From positions 992,001 through 1,056,000 of the forward strand of contig CBFFSA010000001.1 of NCBI GenBank assembly GCA_965644495.1: a DNA stretch of 64,000 bases. Direction: 5' to 3'. Below are positions 22,066 to 33,795 of this stretch, piece after piece. The translations under genes and the position numbers were made by a program. Within the stretch, counting starts at the first letter, position 1, and every line of letters starts with the position of its first letter. This DNA is from Perkinsela sp. CCAP 1560/9. Lineage: Eukaryota > Protista > Euglenozoa: Kinetoplastea. The notes under the pieces were generated by a model, which was not told the DNA's origin, ran no database searches, and saw nothing but the letters and a program-made list of their open reading frames with translations.

Positions 22066-24051
22066 ATGCTCAGCAGAAGACGCCTCTCTGACATGCTGAT
22101 TTGTGTAGTGATTCTTGTACAGTGGGGCTGTACAGACTCAGAGGCTGACAGCGCAGCAAAGACACACACATTTCAGGAACCTCATACATCTCCTGACATT
22201 CCTATTGGCGATGTATCCATCTCTTCACCGCCTACATTCAAGTCATCGAATGCCGAAACTGATGGGAGCGCGCCTTTTCAACCTATAAAGTTTGATGTTA
22301 AAAGGAGCGTCTCGTGGTGCGTAGAGGAGACCGCCCCCTCCGAGCCCTCTCTCACCCTCGTCGACATGAAGAGGTGGGGATCCACCGATATCCCCACTGA
22401 ACGAGGAACAGGAAAACTCAAGCCTCCTCCGTACGAAAAAGTCATCCGTGCACGCCGTACCCTCCCCCCGAACCGTACCCGAACTCCCACCACCCCCTCC
22501 CCCGACCCCTCCCCCAATCTTCCCCTCGCCGCCGTCTCCAGCCACCCCACCCGCCCCGGTTCCCACTGGCGTAACCTCACCGCCTCCTTTCGTCGACGCA
22601 CGGACCCCATCACCCCTGCCTTTCCTACCCTCACCACCACCACCACCACCCCCGACCGTCTCCCCGCCCCCCACCCCGCCCACTCCCTTAACCTCCCCCC
22701 GCACACCGCCCACGGTCGTCTCTCGGCCTCCACCTCCCCTACTCCCACTACGACTCCTCTCACGGCTACCCCCCCTACGCTCTCCCCCTCCCCCCCCTAC
22801 CTCTCCAGCTCGTTCTCCAGCCCCGACACCTCCCCGTGTGTCGCCACCAGTACCCGACTCCACAACCTGCCCCCGGAGAGGCTGGGAGGGGCCGCCTCGT
22901 TTCCCCCCCTCTCCCCCTCCCCTTCTTCTTCTTCTTTTACTATTACTACTACTACTGCTCCTTCTTCTTCTTCTTCTTCTATGACTTCTATGATGACTTC
23001 TTCTATGGCTTCTTCCTCTTCTTCTCTGATCACTTCCTCGGGTACTTCCCCTTCCTTAGTGGTGAGTACGGGGGAGGAGGAGGAGGAGGAGGAGGGAGAG
23101 ATCGGGGGAGAGTTGTTGAGTCCTCAAGAGAGGACGAAAGGGGGAAGAAGGGGTGAGGAGAGAACAGTGCATAACATAGGAACAACAACAGCAACAACGG
23201 CCCCCTCCGACCCACACGGGGTTCCGGAAATTACGTTGGTACGAACCGTGACGGAACGCCGGTCGGCCCCGGATGACCAACGAAAACGGGGAAGGGCGTC
23301 ACGGGATTTGGTGATTCCGTTACACCCGCGACGGAGTGCGGAGAGTAATGTGGGGAACACGCTTGTGGTGACCAGGAGTCTGTCACAGCCGAAGCCACAA
23401 GGTTGGGAAGGAGGGGGGATGGCGTCCCCGCAAAGGAGGGAGGAAAAAGGAGGAGGAGGGAAACTAAACGTTCGGGGGGATTCGGGGTCTCTCTTGGGGC
23501 CACAACAAAGTGGGGTCGTGGTGGAGGAGATGACCTCGGTGTTGCACGAGTTGATTGCGCGTTCGGAGCGAGGGGCGTTGCATCGCTCCTCTGGGGATAA
23601 GTTGCCGTTGAATTTTACTTCGTTTGGGAGGACCCCAACACGGGGTAAGTCACCTGGTGGAGAGGAGTTTGCGCAGCTCTCTCCGTCGAAGAAGATGCAG
23701 TATACCGGCTCCACGAACTGTGCCGTGCTTCGACATATCACGATTGTGAATGGTACGGAGGTGCACTCAAAGGAGGTGGAACGTCCATGTGATGCCCCGT
23801 TCTGGTCCGAGGTGAGTTGTGGGAGTTATCTGCTGCCTCAAGGGGAGCTACGCACATGCCCTTTCCTAGGGGAACTGGAACTGTGTCGTCCTTGTCGCGA
23901 GTCTAGAAATCACAGATCGCTGTCTCCCGGCGGCGACACGTTAAGCTCGCCCGCGAGAGCTCCGTCGCCCCGGCTTATTGACAGCTACTGGGATGACGCA
24001 GACGAAATATCCTCCAAGACTAAGGTGAGAACGCTTAGAAGGCTTCTCTAG
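22066..24051 (+). CDS. Hypothetical low-complexity protein (Pro/Ser/Thr-rich then Gly/Glu-rich), possible N-terminal signal
   Basis: 661-aa ORF on the coding strand; no recognisable domain. Confidence 0.6.
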   Translation: MLSRRRLSDMLICVVILVQWGCTDSEADSAAKTHTFQEPHTSPDIPIGDVSISSPPTFKSSNAETDGSAPFQPIKFDVKRSVSWCVEETAPSEPSLTLVDMKRWGSTDIPTERGTGKLKPPPYEKVIRARRTLPPNRTRTPTTPSPDPSPNLPLAAVSSHPTRPGSHWRNLTASFRRRTDPITPAFPTLTTTTTTPDRLPAPHPAHSLNLPPHTAHGRLSASTSPTPTTTPLTATPPTLSPSPPYLSSSFSSPDTSPCVATSTRLHNLPPERLGGAASFPPLSPSPSSSSFTITTTTAPSSSSSSMTSMMTSSMASSSSSLITSSGTSPSLVVSTGEEEEEEEGEIGGELLSPQERTKGGRRGEERTVHNIGTTTATTAPSDPHGVPEITLVRTVTERRSAPDDQRKRGRASRDLVIPLHPRRSAESNVGNTLVVTRSLSQPKPQGWEGGGMASPQRREEKGGGGKLNVRGDSGSLLGPQQSGVVVEEMTSVLHELIARSERGALHRSSGDKLPLNFTSFGRTPTRGKSPGGEEFAQLSPSKKMQYTGSTNCAVLRHITIVNGTEVHSKEVERPCDAPFWSEVSCGSYLLPQGELRTCPFLGELELCRPCRESRNHRSLSPGGDTLSSPARAPSPRLIDSYWDDADEISSKTKVRTLRRLL

Positions 24052-24329
24052 ATTTGTGCGATTATCGAATGGAGACATTGTAATATGTATAGTCGAATTC
24101 TCTCACCGGGATTAACGGTGACACATAGTAGATATTCAGTTAAACAGACCTAGGAAGACAAATACTTCTATATTGCTCATATTCTGTCATGTGATTTTCT
24201 ATCATGTTTTTTAGGTTTTAGCCTGTCAAATTTCCATACTTGATACACGTTTGGTATGCGTTGACTCCAAAATACACGAGCCAGTAGGGGCACCAGATAG
24301 AGCAGATCCGAGTACAAATAATTCAACCA

Positions 24330-27300
24330 ATGCAAGCCAAATCTGCGGAACAAAGTGGTGCGAGGAAGCATTTATTTTATCACGTGGATTACACCATGGT
24401 TGTTTTCACTGTATTTTGTTTTCTTCTTGGTTTAGTCTTGCTTGTGCTAAGTCCCTGGTCTCACGTCATTGTGTCTCGCTACTGTGAATGCACAAAATGG
24501 TGTGGTGCGGTGACCATTCCGACCATTTGTCTAAGCGTCCTTACTTGCGTGTGTCTTCCTCTCCTTGCGTACCGTTTCACGCTGTTTTATGACATTGAAC
24601 TCCCTTTCAGAAGAAAAATGAGAGGTCTGTACATTCCCATATTCGTACTACTTATTGTAGCTCTCGTATCAGGCGGTATTCTGACTTTCGTTCTCATATA
24701 CGTTTCTCAAAGTTCCGCAAATTATCAGAGAAGTCATGGGAACGTTGAGGGATTGGATGGGACGATCCGAATTGAGTGGGGAGAGGATGGTACACCGAAG
24801 CTGCAAGCAAAATCACATCGTGACGCCTTTTTTGGACAAGGATTTATCCATGCCCAGGAGCGTTTCTCTCAACTCGTTCTAAGTCGCGCCGCTTCGCAAG
24901 GACGCCTGAGCGAAATATTAGGTAATGCCGGCTTGGAAAATGATATTCGGGTCCGTACGCTGAATTTTGACGCTGTCGCCCGGGCAATGTGTGAAGGGAT
25001 TTCTCCACAGCATCGGTCTTGTATCGAATCCTACGCAGCGGGGGTAAATCTATACCGAAGCCGGCATCCGAAGCCTCCCCCCGACATGTTACTATACTAT
25101 GGACCTTTTAAAAACGTGGCTAAGGTGGAACCGTGGACGGCGCATGATGTGTGTCTGTCTTTGGTACAAATTCAGTCAGAACTATCTAGCAACTGTCAGA
25201 ATGAAATCGATCGCTGGTCTACCTTATTTTCAAATAGCTCTCGTGGAACCGATTACGACAAAGTTGAGCAACTTTACCCGTTTCACCGTTATCTTCGTGA
25301 TTTTGAGGGCAAGCCGTTTACCACAACAGTTACCGAAGAGGATTTAGCGGGTCCCTACTGCACTCCACACGTTTCTAAAAGTCGACACACTAGAGCTATG
25401 GAGGAGGATCATAGCTTTCAACGCGAAAAAGCTGTTTACGACGAAATGTTGGGCGAATGGCGTCAACGCACAGTGCCGTTTCAAATCGAAACGCCACACA
25501 CGGAAGAAATTCCTTCAATATCTCCTGTGCCTCCGCTTGATGCGTCTGCGGCACCTGACGGATTGAATTTATCCCCACACAGCACATCTCATGATTCTGA
25601 GGACAAACACCCTGCTCCAAAACCATCCGACTCAAGCTGGGAATTCTTTGATTTCGTACCCTTCCGTTCTTATATTGAAGACATGACCTTGAGCTGGTTT
25701 CAACTCGGCACCGATCCTTCTTCCCACAATACCTTAAAGCCGGACGCCCCTGCCTCCCCCAACCCTTCCCCTCTCCCTCCCCCCCGCGCATCCTGGTGGT
25801 CCGGCGCCTTCACCCCCCACGGCGGCTCCAACGCCTGGGTCACCCGCTCCCCCACCGCCCCCACCCCCACCCTCGGCAGCGACCCCCACCTCGAGATGTA
25901 CTTCCCCGGGAGCTGGTACTACCTCGCCCTCCACATCACCGACACCAACCAAACCTTCCTCGGGGCCTCCCCCCCGGGACTCCCCGGGATCACCGTCGGG
26001 GCCTCCACCACCCTCGCCTGGGGCATCACCCTGGCCATGACCGACCTCTGCGACCTCTACGTCATCACCCCCGACCCGAGTCGCCCCCAGACCCACTACC
26101 TCCACAACGGAACCTCCCTCCCCTATCGCACCCGACACGAACGGGTTGTGGTCCGCGGGAAGCAACGACCCGTGGCTCTCCAGCTTCGGGACACCCACTA
26201 CGGGCCACTGGTTCATCACCTTCCCGGGGTGGCTGGGGCTAACTCGGGTGTGTTGCTGGCCATGTGGAATGCGGCCCTGCAAGGGGGCAGTGCGGCAAGG
26301 ACCCTGGAGGGGTTCCTGCTGATGGTCACCGGGGAGGTGGCGACGGTCCGGGGGTTTCGGGAGGCCTGCCTGGAACGGATCGCGGCCCCCGCGTTGAGTG
26401 TGGTCCTGGGGGATCACGCCGGGGGGTATGGGTGGGGGATGACGGGGAGGCACCGGATTCGGCGACCCGGGCACACGGGGCGGTACCCGATGCCGGGGAA
26501 TGGGTCGTTTGACCCGGTGGGGGAGATTCCGATGAGGGAGCTGCCGTGGAAGGTTGTGCCGGCGGAGGCGGCGGGGGGTGGGGGGAAAGAGGTTGATTTT
26601 ATCACGGCGGGGAATAATAAAATGTATCCTCTGGCGTACCGTTACGCACTGGGGTATGACTATTTTCCCTATTTCCGTGCGACGCGTATGGCGGAGATGC
26701 TTGCTGGAAGGGGCTGCGACAGTGTTTCTCGAGCAGCGGAGATTCAGCTGGACAACCAGTCAAATTTGTGGACTACGTTGTTTCGTCCCTGGTTACAGAC
26801 TCAGCCCGGGTTACGGCTTCGTCATCCGTTTCTTCAGGAAATGTACACACGGTGGGAGGGAGCGGTGGTTCCCGGGTGTCGGTACCCTGCTGTGCTGTGG
26901 GAGTATCTCTCCATTGTGACACAGATTGCGTTTGAGGGACGAAAACGACGGGACCACGCACCGGTGGATCCTATTTTAGGATACTACTGGAGTGTGGACC
27001 ACGCCGGGAGTGTGGCGTTAGAACGGGCCTGGGAACAGGCCATCTACGCTCCCGTCGGGGGCTGGACGGAGGACTGGGGCTACGTGCAACTCCCTCACCT
27101 TACCCTCGCCCTTACCCCCTTTCGGTGTTTCGGGAACCGCTACCCAAGAAAACTGGGCGGAGACGAGTCTTCGTTGAATATGATGCGCGGGCGACGTCCC
27201 GGAGCCAGTCACGTGAGGAGAATCGGTCCCGCATTACGTCAGATTCTCCGTGTGGGAGAGGAAGTCCACGTCGCGAGTGTTGGAGGGGGATCAGAGAACC

Positions 27301-27431
27301 CTTTCAGTCCGTTCTATGACAACACGCTCCAGCAGTGGAGTGTGGGAGAATACCGGAAAAAGACATTCGCCGAAGTTGGGAATTTGACCCGTACGGACGG
27401 CGCACCAGTGCAGTACTTAAGAGTTAGGTAA
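24330..27431 (+). CDS. Penicillin acylase / AHL acylase family Ntn hydrolase with N-terminal TM helices
   Basis: FFGQGFIHAQERF, GRLSEILG, YAAGVN, GG|SNAWV (catalytic Ser), GSDPHL, PGSWY, AWGIT, THYGP, SENPFSPFY. Confidence 0.9.
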   Translation: MQAKSAEQSGARKHLFYHVDYTMVVFTVFCFLLGLVLLVLSPWSHVIVSRYCECTKWCGAVTIPTICLSVLTCVCLPLLAYRFTLFYDIELPFRRKMRGLYIPIFVLLIVALVSGGILTFVLIYVSQSSANYQRSHGNVEGLDGTIRIEWGEDGTPKLQAKSHRDAFFGQGFIHAQERFSQLVLSRAASQGRLSEILGNAGLENDIRVRTLNFDAVARAMCEGISPQHRSCIESYAAGVNLYRSRHPKPPPDMLLYYGPFKNVAKVEPWTAHDVCLSLVQIQSELSSNCQNEIDRWSTLFSNSSRGTDYDKVEQLYPFHRYLRDFEGKPFTTTVTEEDLAGPYCTPHVSKSRHTRAMEEDHSFQREKAVYDEMLGEWRQRTVPFQIETPHTEEIPSISPVPPLDASAAPDGLNLSPHSTSHDSEDKHPAPKPSDSSWEFFDFVPFRSYIEDMTLSWFQLGTDPSSHNTLKPDAPASPNPSPLPPPRASWWSGAFTPHGGSNAWVTRSPTAPTPTLGSDPHLEMYFPGSWYYLALHITDTNQTFLGASPPGLPGITVGASTTLAWGITLAMTDLCDLYVITPDPSRPQTHYLHNGTSLPYRTRHERVVVRGKQRPVALQLRDTHYGPLVHHLPGVAGANSGVLLAMWNAALQGGSAARTLEGFLLMVTGEVATVRGFREACLERIAAPALSVVLGDHAGGYGWGMTGRHRIRRPGHTGRYPMPGNGSFDPVGEIPMRELPWKVVPAEAAGGGGKEVDFITAGNNKMYPLAYRYALGYDYFPYFRATRMAEMLAGRGCDSVSRAAEIQLDNQSNLWTTLFRPWLQTQPGLRLRHPFLQEMYTRWEGAVVPGCRYPAVLWEYLSIVTQIAFEGRKRRDHAPVDPILGYYWSVDHAGSVALERAWEQAIYAPVGGWTEDWGYVQLPHLTLALTPFRCFGNRYPRKLGGDESSLNMMRGRRPGASHVRRIGPALRQILRVGEEVHVASVGGGSENPFSPFYDNTLQQWSVGEYRKKTFAEVGNLTRTDGAPVQYLRVR

Positions 27432-27593
27432 ATAGCCTGCGTGTAGTGCGGAATAAATAAGCTAATTCTAAATTCTTTTAAAGATAAATTTTTGCTGCGA
27501 AGAAAGCGAAAAAATAAGTATGAAAACATGTGAATGTCTTTTTTCGGATACTAGGATTCGAAGCTCGACTATTTTTCTTTTACTTACGTACCC

Positions 27594-28361
27594 ATGTTAC
27601 TTTCCACTTTGACCCCGATGTACCTCGCACTCCTCTCGCTTACCTCCGTTTCAAACACTGTGCATTGCCGATCTACCGCGCTATCCACACGCGACTACAA
27701 AATTATGGAACTCGAGAACGCCCTGGAGAGACTCCAAGACAAAGAGGTGTTTCCCAGCGTCGATGCGGTACAGAGATCCCGCACACGACTCTCCGCCATT
27801 GAATCCTCCATAGGGTGGTTTCCCTCAGCATCTGAAAAAGACAGACGCGCGGCGGCACGTGAGGAGCTTCGTGTGGCAGAGTACAGCCTTGCACGAGTCG
27901 AGCGTAAGGCACTGGACCTGCGATCCCGTCTGAAACCTCTCTACGGGGTATGGAGTCCGGAATTCTATCACGAGCACAAGGCGTCGCTGAAAAAGACATT
28001 TGAGGTAGTGCATGACGCGAGCTACAACAGCGCATGGTGGAGTAGTGTGTTCTCCCGTCGCGCAGAATCCTTTACAGAGGCTATTATGGGGTTTCTGTTG
28101 GAGTGGCTTATGTCCTATTTAGTGCTTTATCCTTTTGCGGGGGCGTACTTCCTGGCGTGGGTGACGCCTACGACGATTTGGGCGTACAGTTCTTCCTTTT
28201 CAGATATATTTACCGGGGCGGCTGTCTGGTTTATGTCATTGACTGCATTTCTTTTGCCACTTGGGTTGCTTCTTGGAGGACTTTATTTATGGATGAAGGG
28301 GCGGCGAAGAACTAGAAATTTTCCTTCATCGAATTTTTCACAGAATCGGAAAGACGTTTGA
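27594..28361 (+). CDS. Hypothetical membrane protein (coiled coil plus C-terminal TM segments)
   Basis: 255-aa ORF with hydrophobic N-terminus and C-terminal hydrophobic helices. Confidence 0.7.
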   Translation: MLLSTLTPMYLALLSLTSVSNTVHCRSTALSTRDYKIMELENALERLQDKEVFPSVDAVQRSRTRLSAIESSIGWFPSASEKDRRAAAREELRVAEYSLARVERKALDLRSRLKPLYGVWSPEFYHEHKASLKKTFEVVHDASYNSAWWSSVFSRRAESFTEAIMGFLLEWLMSYLVLYPFAGAYFLAWVTPTTIWAYSSSFSDIFTGAAVWFMSLTAFLLPLGLLLGGLYLWMKGRRRTRNFPSSNFSQNRKDV

Positions 28362-28556
28362 ATGCTATCATATTTGGGTGGACTAAGTCAAAGTGATTGA
28401 TCGTTGCTATTTTTCTGATAGGAGGCTTGCTAACTATACTGTATTTTTAATTTTCGAGTCCAAGTACAAGCATTGAAATGCATCTATTTTAATTTTTCAA
28501 CTTGGGTGCGTGTAATTTCCAACGGATCTTTTCTTGTCTTTTACAAGACTGGTGGT

Positions 28557-29345
28557 ATGGATAAATACATGTATGAGACGCGTCGCGGAAAAGCGAATGC
28601 AATGCTACTGCCTCAGGTTGATATGCTAGAACGTTTCATCGAAAACATAACCGTAAAGCACCAGACGTGGCGCAGTACAAAGAAGAGTTGGTCTGGGAGA
28701 AACAAGTCCACATCTGCGTGCGATTGGGAAGGTGTGAAATGTCAGGATGGGGAAGTTGTCGAAATTAGTTGGAGACACATGAACCTCGTGGGATTTCTAC
28801 AGTGGGACAGTTTGCCGCGATCCTTACTCACTTGTAATCTCGATAGTAATATATTTACCGGGACTATACAACTTGATTTATTGCCGCCGCAGCTCACGTA
28901 CCTTTGGTTAACATGCAACTCTTTTTCGGGTGAGTTGCTCTTAAACCATTTGCCGCATACATTAGAGACGCTCAATCTAGGTTATAATCGTTTCGAAGGT
29001 AGTGTCGACTTGTCACATTTGCCATTAAGCTTATTATATTTATGTCTCTGCAGTAACCAGCTTTCTGGTGGTGTTAATCTGTCCGAATTACCGTAGAAGA
29101 TAAGATATGTTTCTTTGTCGAATAACAAATTCACTGGATCAATTTCTTTGCAGGATTTTCCCGCATCATTTATAGAACTGCATTGCAATAAAAATTGTTT
29201 CTCCGGTTTAGTAGTGCTTGAAAATATTCCTGCACAATTCCGCGCCTTGCGCCTAGAGGAGAATACCGAGCTCTATGGTGAAATCGATAAAGCCACCAAG
29301 GTCGTTGACGAATTTCAATGTACATTATACAGGGATTCAAGTTAA
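28557..29345 (+). pseudogene. LRR protein with an in-frame TAG at 29094-29096
   Basis: LRR cap (ACDWEGVKC) and LRRs continue in the same frame after the stop (KIRYVSLSNNKFTGSI). Confidence 0.75.
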
Positions 29346-29947
29346 ATGAAAATTGCGCACTGCTATTACCGCATAGGTCACACTTTTTGAATCCAATTGG
29401 GTTCCAATTTGACTGTTTGGAAAAAGGTGGTAAACCAAATGGCCTTGCCGTGGCGGAGACTAACGCACACCGCTCGGTCTGCACCAGCTACGCATTTCCT
29501 CATTATATGAGCACCTGTATGGCCGGCACGAGATGTTTCTCTTCTCGAAGGTTTCTTTTTAGTTTCACTGTGCGCAACTGGGAGCGCTGTTGACGTCACA
29601 TAACTTTTCCGCGACGTGCTTTGCTGTTTGTCCGTTGTGCTCATCATTTTTGCTCATGTCTTCTATCGCATTTCGCGCCGCTTGGGTTCGTTCATCACCT
29701 CCGACAAGAGATTTTTGCAATTTTGCCGTAAAGTCCACCTGCGCTCCAGGCATCCGAGCCGTGGTTATAAGTTTACAACTACCGCAAGTATCATTATTAA
29801 TGAAAGGTTTTGAATGGTTCATTCTTTTACAAGATTTGCCATGTTTTTAATAATATTTGACCCCCCACATTTTTGTGCGCACCCCTGTATGTTTCAAGAG
29901 AAAATTCCTTTTCACCAAAGAACTATTTAACATTTCCTCATAAGACT

Positions 29948-30616
29948 ATGAACGGAGTACCTCGCTTTTGTTTTTCACCTTTCTGCGCCGACACCACAGA
30001 GTCTCGTGCAGGCAAAGTCAGAGGGAACGTTCTTCCCCCAGAGTACGAGCTCTCTCGCTTTATCGCAAATATCACCGGACGTCATAAGACTTGGACGACA
30101 GAGAAATCCGTGACGGAGTGGGCTGGAGTCCATTGTGCGAATCCCGCGACAATTACAGCGGTTCGTTGGGGTGGTCGCGATTTATATGGGACATTGGACT
30201 GGGCATACCTTCCTTCCACTATTACATACCTTCATCTCGGGATTGCCCTCAAGGGATGTCTACTGGCGAAAAATTACCTAGAGGGTAGAATTGAAACTTC
30301 CCTTCTACCACGAGGGCTACAAGAATTTTCATCTCCAAGAACTCGCTTTTCGGGGGAGTTTGATCTAACACAACTTCCTCCTGCACTGTGCAGCCTAAAT
30401 GTTTCTGGGAACCAGTTATCGGGTTCATTGGACTTCACGCGCTTGCCAGATGGATTAACCCGCCTATGTCTTTCGGAGAACAGGTTTAGTGGCACGGTGA
30501 CTTTTGCACACCTTCCCACGAGCATGAGCGTATTACGTGTTGACGAAGCAGGACTTATTGTTGACGGATCAGTTCCTAAATCGGTTCAATTAACCCGGGG
30601 TGCTGTTTACCGGTGA
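29948..30616 (+). CDS. Leucine-rich repeat protein
   Basis: EWAGVHC cap, LYGTLDWAYLP, LxxNxLSGSLDFTRLP repeats. Confidence 0.85.
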   Translation: MNGVPRFCFSPFCADTTESRAGKVRGNVLPPEYELSRFIANITGRHKTWTTEKSVTEWAGVHCANPATITAVRWGGRDLYGTLDWAYLPSTITYLHLGIALKGCLLAKNYLEGRIETSLLPRGLQEFSSPRTRFSGEFDLTQLPPALCSLNVSGNQLSGSLDFTRLPDGLTRLCLSENRFSGTVTFAHLPTSMSVLRVDEAGLIVDGSVPKSVQLTRGAVYR

Positions 30617-30995
30617 CGCACTTTCGAACGTAATTTAAATAACAATGTTCTTATTAACAAAGCACAAATTAACAAAATAATTATTTTTTACCGGAAATTG
30701 GCCGAAAATAATTAATCAACGAGGGCACGGGTTAAAACATGCCTATATCACGATAACATGCCCCCCCGGCATGTTAACTAACACTAAAACAAAATAATAG
30801 AATAATAAACTAAACCTATAGAAGAATGAAAATACCGCCCTTTATCGAAGGACTTAATTCTTTCCCATACATAAAATGCGTTTCGCTTCATAGTTTTCCC
30901 ATTTCTGACTAGCTTTATGACTACAAACTCGTTTTCACAAACACTTCTCCACATTATCAATGCAACATGTCCCTTTGAAATGCGCAAACTTATAC

Positions 30996-32429
30996 ATGCT
31001 TGTTTTCGTTTTCGCTATCGTTGGAGGTGGCCCACCCTTCGGGTACCATATTTCTCCGCTTCGCTGTGAAAACCCCACACCCGATACACTGTACGAGCAC
31101 TGTGGGTGTACCCTCCCCTGCGAAACCCGCGCGGCACAACTCCTCGAACCCCGCTGCTGGCGCATTCCCGGTACCCCCCTCCGTGGATCCACCTCCAACA
31201 CCGATCTCGGCCACGTCCACGCCTGTCTCCACACCCTTTTCGCCGCCATCGAGGGACAAACCCACGCCCTCCGTGCCCTCCTGGGTCACATCAGCCGCAA
31301 ACTCGCCGACCCCCGTACCGGGTTTCTCGTCCACCTCGTCGGGGACAACGGGGTCGGGAAAACCCTCACCGCCTCCCTCCTCTCCTCCGCGCTCTCGCTC
31401 CACCCCCACCCCCACCTCCCCCGTGCCGGGGAGAACCTCCTGCTGCTCCCCGGGGGGCAGTACTGCCTGCTGGACGGGGCCTGTGAGGGGCGTCTCACCG
31501 CCGCGGCCCACGACATCACCGCGCGGGTACTCGACCACGCCCGTGCCTTCCCCTACGCCTCCGTCGTCCTGCTGGATGAGATCACCCAGATGCACCCCGG
31601 GCTCGTGATGCGACTCAGTCCGCTGTTCGCGGCCGTGAGCCATGGGACCGCTATCGATGGGGTCTCGCTGGCGGGGGTGTGTATGCTGCTCACCAGTGAC
31701 TTTGGCAGTGATGGCCGTACCGTGGGGATGGGCCCCGAGGAGGTGCGGGGGCTGGTGTGGGATGTGGTGAATGCGACCTATGATGGACTGCCGCATATTC
31801 GACAGGCGAATATTGTCCCGTTTCTGTCGTTGGGCCCGAGGAGTTTCCAGGATGCGTTGCGGCACCGGCTACGGACCTTAGGGTGTGCGTACCGTAGAAG
31901 GGAGGGGTGGGGGGAGGCGGTAGCGACGGCAGTGCTCGGGTCATCCCAGCGGATTCCGATTCATGTGTCAAGGGTGGACTACGATGAGGAGGTGGTGGTG
32001 TCGTTTTTGTATCAACAGCTGATGCGTGGGTTACCGCGCCGGAATGGCAGGGAGGTGGATAAAGTTATGGATGTTAATGTCCATGGCCCGTTTATACGCG
32101 CGGTGTCGCAGCTACTGGGGGAACAGAGGCAGCGGGAGGCGGCGGGAGGGCCTGGTTTAGGAGTGGAGGATTCCACCGGGTCGTTTTGGACGACGACTTG
32201 GCGATACGTGAAGCGTCTGTCAAAACCCTCCTCGACTGCCCTTCGTGTGAGCCTGGATGTGATTCCTAGTCCACAGAATAGCACGGAGGATGGTAAGGTA
32301 TATGAATCCAAACCATACTGCATAATTCGATATGTCCCTGGTGGAGAACAAACCCTTCGTGTCACAGTGGCTATGGAGGAGCATGAAGGCCAGAGGAACA
32401 GCGGAGAGAAAGGAAATATGGAGCTGTAA
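30996..32429 (+). CDS. Torsin-like AAA+ ATPase with signal peptide
   Basis: IEGQTHA, Walker A GDNGVGKT, Walker B VLLDE, LTSDFG, IVPFLSL, hydrophobic N-terminus. Confidence 0.75.
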   Translation: MLVFVFAIVGGGPPFGYHISPLRCENPTPDTLYEHCGCTLPCETRAAQLLEPRCWRIPGTPLRGSTSNTDLGHVHACLHTLFAAIEGQTHALRALLGHISRKLADPRTGFLVHLVGDNGVGKTLTASLLSSALSLHPHPHLPRAGENLLLLPGGQYCLLDGACEGRLTAAAHDITARVLDHARAFPYASVVLLDEITQMHPGLVMRLSPLFAAVSHGTAIDGVSLAGVCMLLTSDFGSDGRTVGMGPEEVRGLVWDVVNATYDGLPHIRQANIVPFLSLGPRSFQDALRHRLRTLGCAYRRREGWGEAVATAVLGSSQRIPIHVSRVDYDEEVVVSFLYQQLMRGLPRRNGREVDKVMDVNVHGPFIRAVSQLLGEQRQREAAGGPGLGVEDSTGSFWTTTWRYVKRLSKPSSTALRVSLDVIPSPQNSTEDGKVYESKPYCIIRYVPGGEQTLRVTVAMEEHEGQRNSGEKGNMEL

Positions 32430-33080
32430 AATATGATAATCCTTTTTCGCTGTCATGGGAAATTGTGGTTATGGAAGCCTTTTTCCCTATTCTGATGGCT
32501 CACTTACCAGTATTGCGCTCTTATCTTATCGAAAATTGATTCTCTGGTGAAGTGCGCTTCCGTCACTTTCCCCCGAATTTGATGAGTCTCAACTTTGATG
32601 AGTACATTCAACTTTACTTAAGGGGGCTCTTGAGCTGCGACGACTTCTTGATAATTAGATACCTCTACTACTTTTCAAACAATAGCTTCTCCAGAAAAAA
32701 ATCATTGCTTCTGTCTTAAAGGTTTTGGTTTCAAAAGATAATGTCGCTTTTTCAGTGGAATTCAATAAAAAATCACTTCCATTCTGGGTGATTTCGGATA
32801 CCACAAGAACACAAATTACTGAAGTATTGACGGTGAATCATGAAAATCCCAAGAAGCTGTTTTCACCTGAAGAATGGTTTGGATACACTGGGGGCACTGT
32901 ACTTAGGAATCCTACGAATGTACTTACAAAACTGTAAGTTACAATCGTAACATTAATTGAAGCTAATATTTTACTATATTCTTGTACACTTGACAAGCGA
33001 TTTTCAGAAAGAATGGTATTTCTAAGGATTCCTTTTCGAATAAAACATCTTTTTTCTTCGAGAAAAAAAATCTGTTGTAC

Positions 33081-33410
33081 ATGCCCCCTCCACTAGTACA
33101 ACCTCCTTCTCGTTTACCCTTGTCCATAACGAAAAGATGGAAAAGTCTGAGAATGGTATGGCGCTACGACCGATATCAATACATTCATCGTTGGGGATTT
33201 ACCACTTTAGTCATTGGAGGGTACATGTATGCCATGGAACTCACCTCGTGGCCCTACTACTTGTTCTCTCTGTGGAAAGATGATATTAATGAAATATTGA
33301 AGGAACCCCATTTTGAGGAGATGTATCTAAAAAACCGTAGCGCAAAAGCCAGATTAGGTGACGAGCTTAGCAAACGGGCTGATGACTCGATGGCCCATGA
33401 GGTAGCGTAG
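33081..33410 (+). CDS. Small single-TM hypothetical protein
   Basis: Basic N-terminus and one hydrophobic segment; on the coding strand. Confidence 0.6.
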   Translation: MPPPLVQPPSRLPLSITKRWKSLRMVWRYDRYQYIHRWGFTTLVIGGYMYAMELTSWPYYLFSLWKDDINEILKEPHFEEMYLKNRSAKARLGDELSKRADDSMAHEVA

Positions 33411-33795
33411 TTTTTTTGAGATGTATGAACAAATATGTTTTGCCACTAATTATTGCGACCCCACAACTTGTAGATTTTTTTGTACCCCGTTGACTTATGA
33501 CATCCTGTGCATATTCAGTCTGGTAAAGAGAACTCTAAAATTGGTTCCCATCATTGATTTATGAGTCAGATACTTCAAGGAAAGGTATGTACTTTTACTA
33601 CACTATACTAAGGTGATCTTCTTGAAGTAATCTCTAAATAATTTTCACAGCATAGGACAATGTGTGCTGAATCTTTCACAAAGAAAAACTCTTAAAGAAA
33701 GAGCGTTCAAGGAAAAAACTATTTTTCATAAATTTTAATAGTGGATTTTGTGGTACAGATCGACTTCCCTTATTCATTAAGGGTATCAATCAAGA

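Noticed and set aside
29094-29096. Stop-codon reassignment as in Blastocrithidia
   Set aside because: It is a single case; long conserved genes have no internal stops, and TAG terminates other genes normally
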